DNA of 62,921 nucleotides, counting the filler, from Octopus bimaculoides (Eukaryota): the NCBI RefSeq assembly GCF_001194135.2. It is 6 parts of 6 records of this genome, joined end to end, with 100 filler letters (N's around TTAATTAATTAA, not from the genome) between each part and the next. Parts side by side here need not be neighbours in the genome. Positions count along the whole stretch, not along the records: positions 61,391 to 62,921 come from NW_026336226.1; 5 more parts are not named here. The stretch is one strand, 5' to 3'. The position numbers were made by a program, and so were the translations under genes. The notes below the pieces were generated by a model. The model was not told where the DNA came from. It saw nothing but the letters and a program-made list of their open reading frames with translations, and did not search any database. Of this stretch, positions 61,291 through 62,921 are shown one piece after another. Position 1 is the first letter of the stretch, and every line of letters starts with the position of its first letter.

Positions 61291-61390
61291 NNNNNNNNNN
61301 NNNNNNNNNNNNNNNNNNNNNNNNNNNNNNNNNNTTAATTAATTAANNNNNNNNNNNNNNNNNNNNNNNNNNNNNNNNNNNNNNNNNNNN
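61291..61390. other. Artificial scaffold linker 44N-TTAATTAATTAA-44N
   Basis: Same 100-bp structure. Confidence 0.95.
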
Positions 61391-61692
61391 ACATACATAC
61401 ATACATACATACATACATACAAACTCTTCGAAACGTTTAGTTTTAGAAAGGTGGCAGCTGATGAAGGAAATGTTTTCTATGTGGCCTGTGTGTTTTCTGT
61501 ACTCTGTTTATGTTCTATTTTTCATTTTGTCCACGTTTTTTTTGTGACGTCCTGTTCCCAGATATGCATCTATATACACATGTAGATGTAGGTATGTACA
61601 TACATGTACGTATATATGCATATACTCACATANNNNNNNNNNTGTAGATGTAGGTATGTACATATGCATATACTCACATATTATTTGTATTA

Positions 61693-61723
<31 letters not shown>

Positions 61724-61749
61724 CATACATAAATGCATACATACATACA

Positions 61750-61781
<32 letters not shown>

Positions 61782-61949
61782 AATATGCATACATACATGC
61801 ACAGCAGGCGAATAAGTGCCAGGTTTTGAAAATTACTCAAGGGACAAAAACCTTCGTCCATTACACTTATTAACCTTATCAAAGAAACCCTCCTGGGGCT
61901 AACATGAGTATAAACAAAAACAATAGCAGCAGTGACAACAACAGCAACA

Positions 61950-62150
61950 CTATAAAAATAATCCTTTCAAGTATAGGGGGAGGGGGAAAGTCGATTAAGT
62001 CTATGACCTCCAGTGTGTAACCAGTATCTATTTTCACTGACCCCGAAAGGATCAAAGCAAAGTCGATTTGGATGGAATTTGAACCCAGAATGTAGCGACG
62101 GGTGAAGTGTTGCTAAGTATTTTGTCAAACGTTCTAACGATTCTGTCACC
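61950..62150 (-). mobile_element. Diverged SINE family B
   Basis: gaccccgaaaggatcaaagcaaagtcgattt..gaatttgaacccagaa is the reverse of the B central block. Confidence 0.7.
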
Positions 62151-62342
62151 AACAAAAAGCCAACAAGAGTGTCTCTACGTAAGTCAGTCGATTTCTTAAA
62201 ACTAGTAGCCAAGTCGGTATTAAGGTATATTAGAGAAAACAACATAATGTTAAGTCCAAGGTTCACTGAACCACTAACAAAGCCGAGGGCAAAATATATC
62301 ACTTCTACCGTCGTTATGGTGATGAACCTCATGAGTACCACT

Positions 62343-62379
<37 letters not shown>

Positions 62380-62800
62380 GCATCATCATCATCGTCGTCG
62401 TCGTCGTCGTCGTCATCATCGTCATCATCATCATCATTAGCCTTATCCCCGTCTTCGTCCTCCTCATCGTTGACCATTATCATCATCGTCATCATCATCT
62501 TCATCATCGTCATCATCGTCGTCGTCGTCGTCGTCGCTGCCACCGTCGCCAGCGGGACGTCCCCGCTCGCAACCACTAGCGCTGCTGCCGCCCCACCGCT
62601 GCAGCCGCCGCCGCCGCCGCTATCACCGTTTGCACTACCCCCACCACTAGCTTCCTCCTCCTCCCCATCATCATGATCATGATCATGATCATCATGATCA
62701 TCATCATCATCATCATCATCGTCGTCGTCATCATCAACATCACCATTGTCATCATTAGCAGCAGCAGCAGCGGTGGTGATAGCGGAGACGGTAGTAATAA
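62343..62800. repeat. Compound trinucleotide array (CAT/CGT/CCG/CCA/CAG)
   Basis: Direct reading; it explains the poly-D/M/I/H ORFs in several frames. Confidence 0.85.
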
Positions 62801-62921
62801 ACAATGACAGTTTCTAAGCTGAATCAACGTCTCGAATGTCTCGGTGTAAAAAGCGACAGGAAGTGAACATCTGTTAAAGGGAACATAGATTTTGACCTAA
62901 AGTTTAAGGTGAAGAAAGTAC

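Noticed and set aside
61420-61470. GAAAC...CTGATGA in reversed order as a type II/III hammerhead (also 56455-56500)
   Set aside because: The intervening sequence does not form stem I and stem III.
61967-62827. Long ORFs on both strands, including a hydrophobic VIYFALGFVSGSVNLGLNIMLFSLIY segment
   Set aside because: They are mostly trinucleotide array plus SINE B. The unique part is open on both strands, with no recognisable family motif or convincing splice sites.

Overview
AT-rich, microsatellite-dense eukaryotic DNA. The SINE families and simple-repeat load look like an octopus genome (inference from recalled repeat consensuses; no database search was run). The window is a scaffold of six pieces joined by five artificial 100-bp linkers (44N-TTAATTAATTAA-44N), plus many N gaps, so contiguity across linkers is uncertain. 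Most ORFs in the supplied track are microsatellite or N artefacts. One host gene is well supported: four minus-strand coding exons (27273 to 17061) with canonical splice sites join in frame into the LRR / Cys-rich / EGF / TM C-terminal part of an ATRAID (APR-3) orthologue. Its 5' coding exons were not found. A separate signal-peptide exon at 59121-59076 (-) suggests a second, unidentified secreted-protein gene. The rest is mostly transposon debris: a Buster/Charlie hAT fossil, one full-length and two internally deleted mariners, MITEs, a piggyBac end, R4/Dong-like, RTE, CR1 and L1/Tx1 fragments, two Penelope GIY-YIG fragments and at least five SINE families. The most unusual signal is a set of about nine minimal, Penelope-type hammerhead ribozyme motifs. 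One of them lies inside a TSD-flanked, tRNA-headed short element that also carries a Penelope-style inverted 3' tail at its 5' end (25401-25757). This is a candidate Pol III-driven, ribozyme-bearing SINE mobilised by Penelope-like elements. Many SINE and TE boundaries are approximate (about +/-20 bp).
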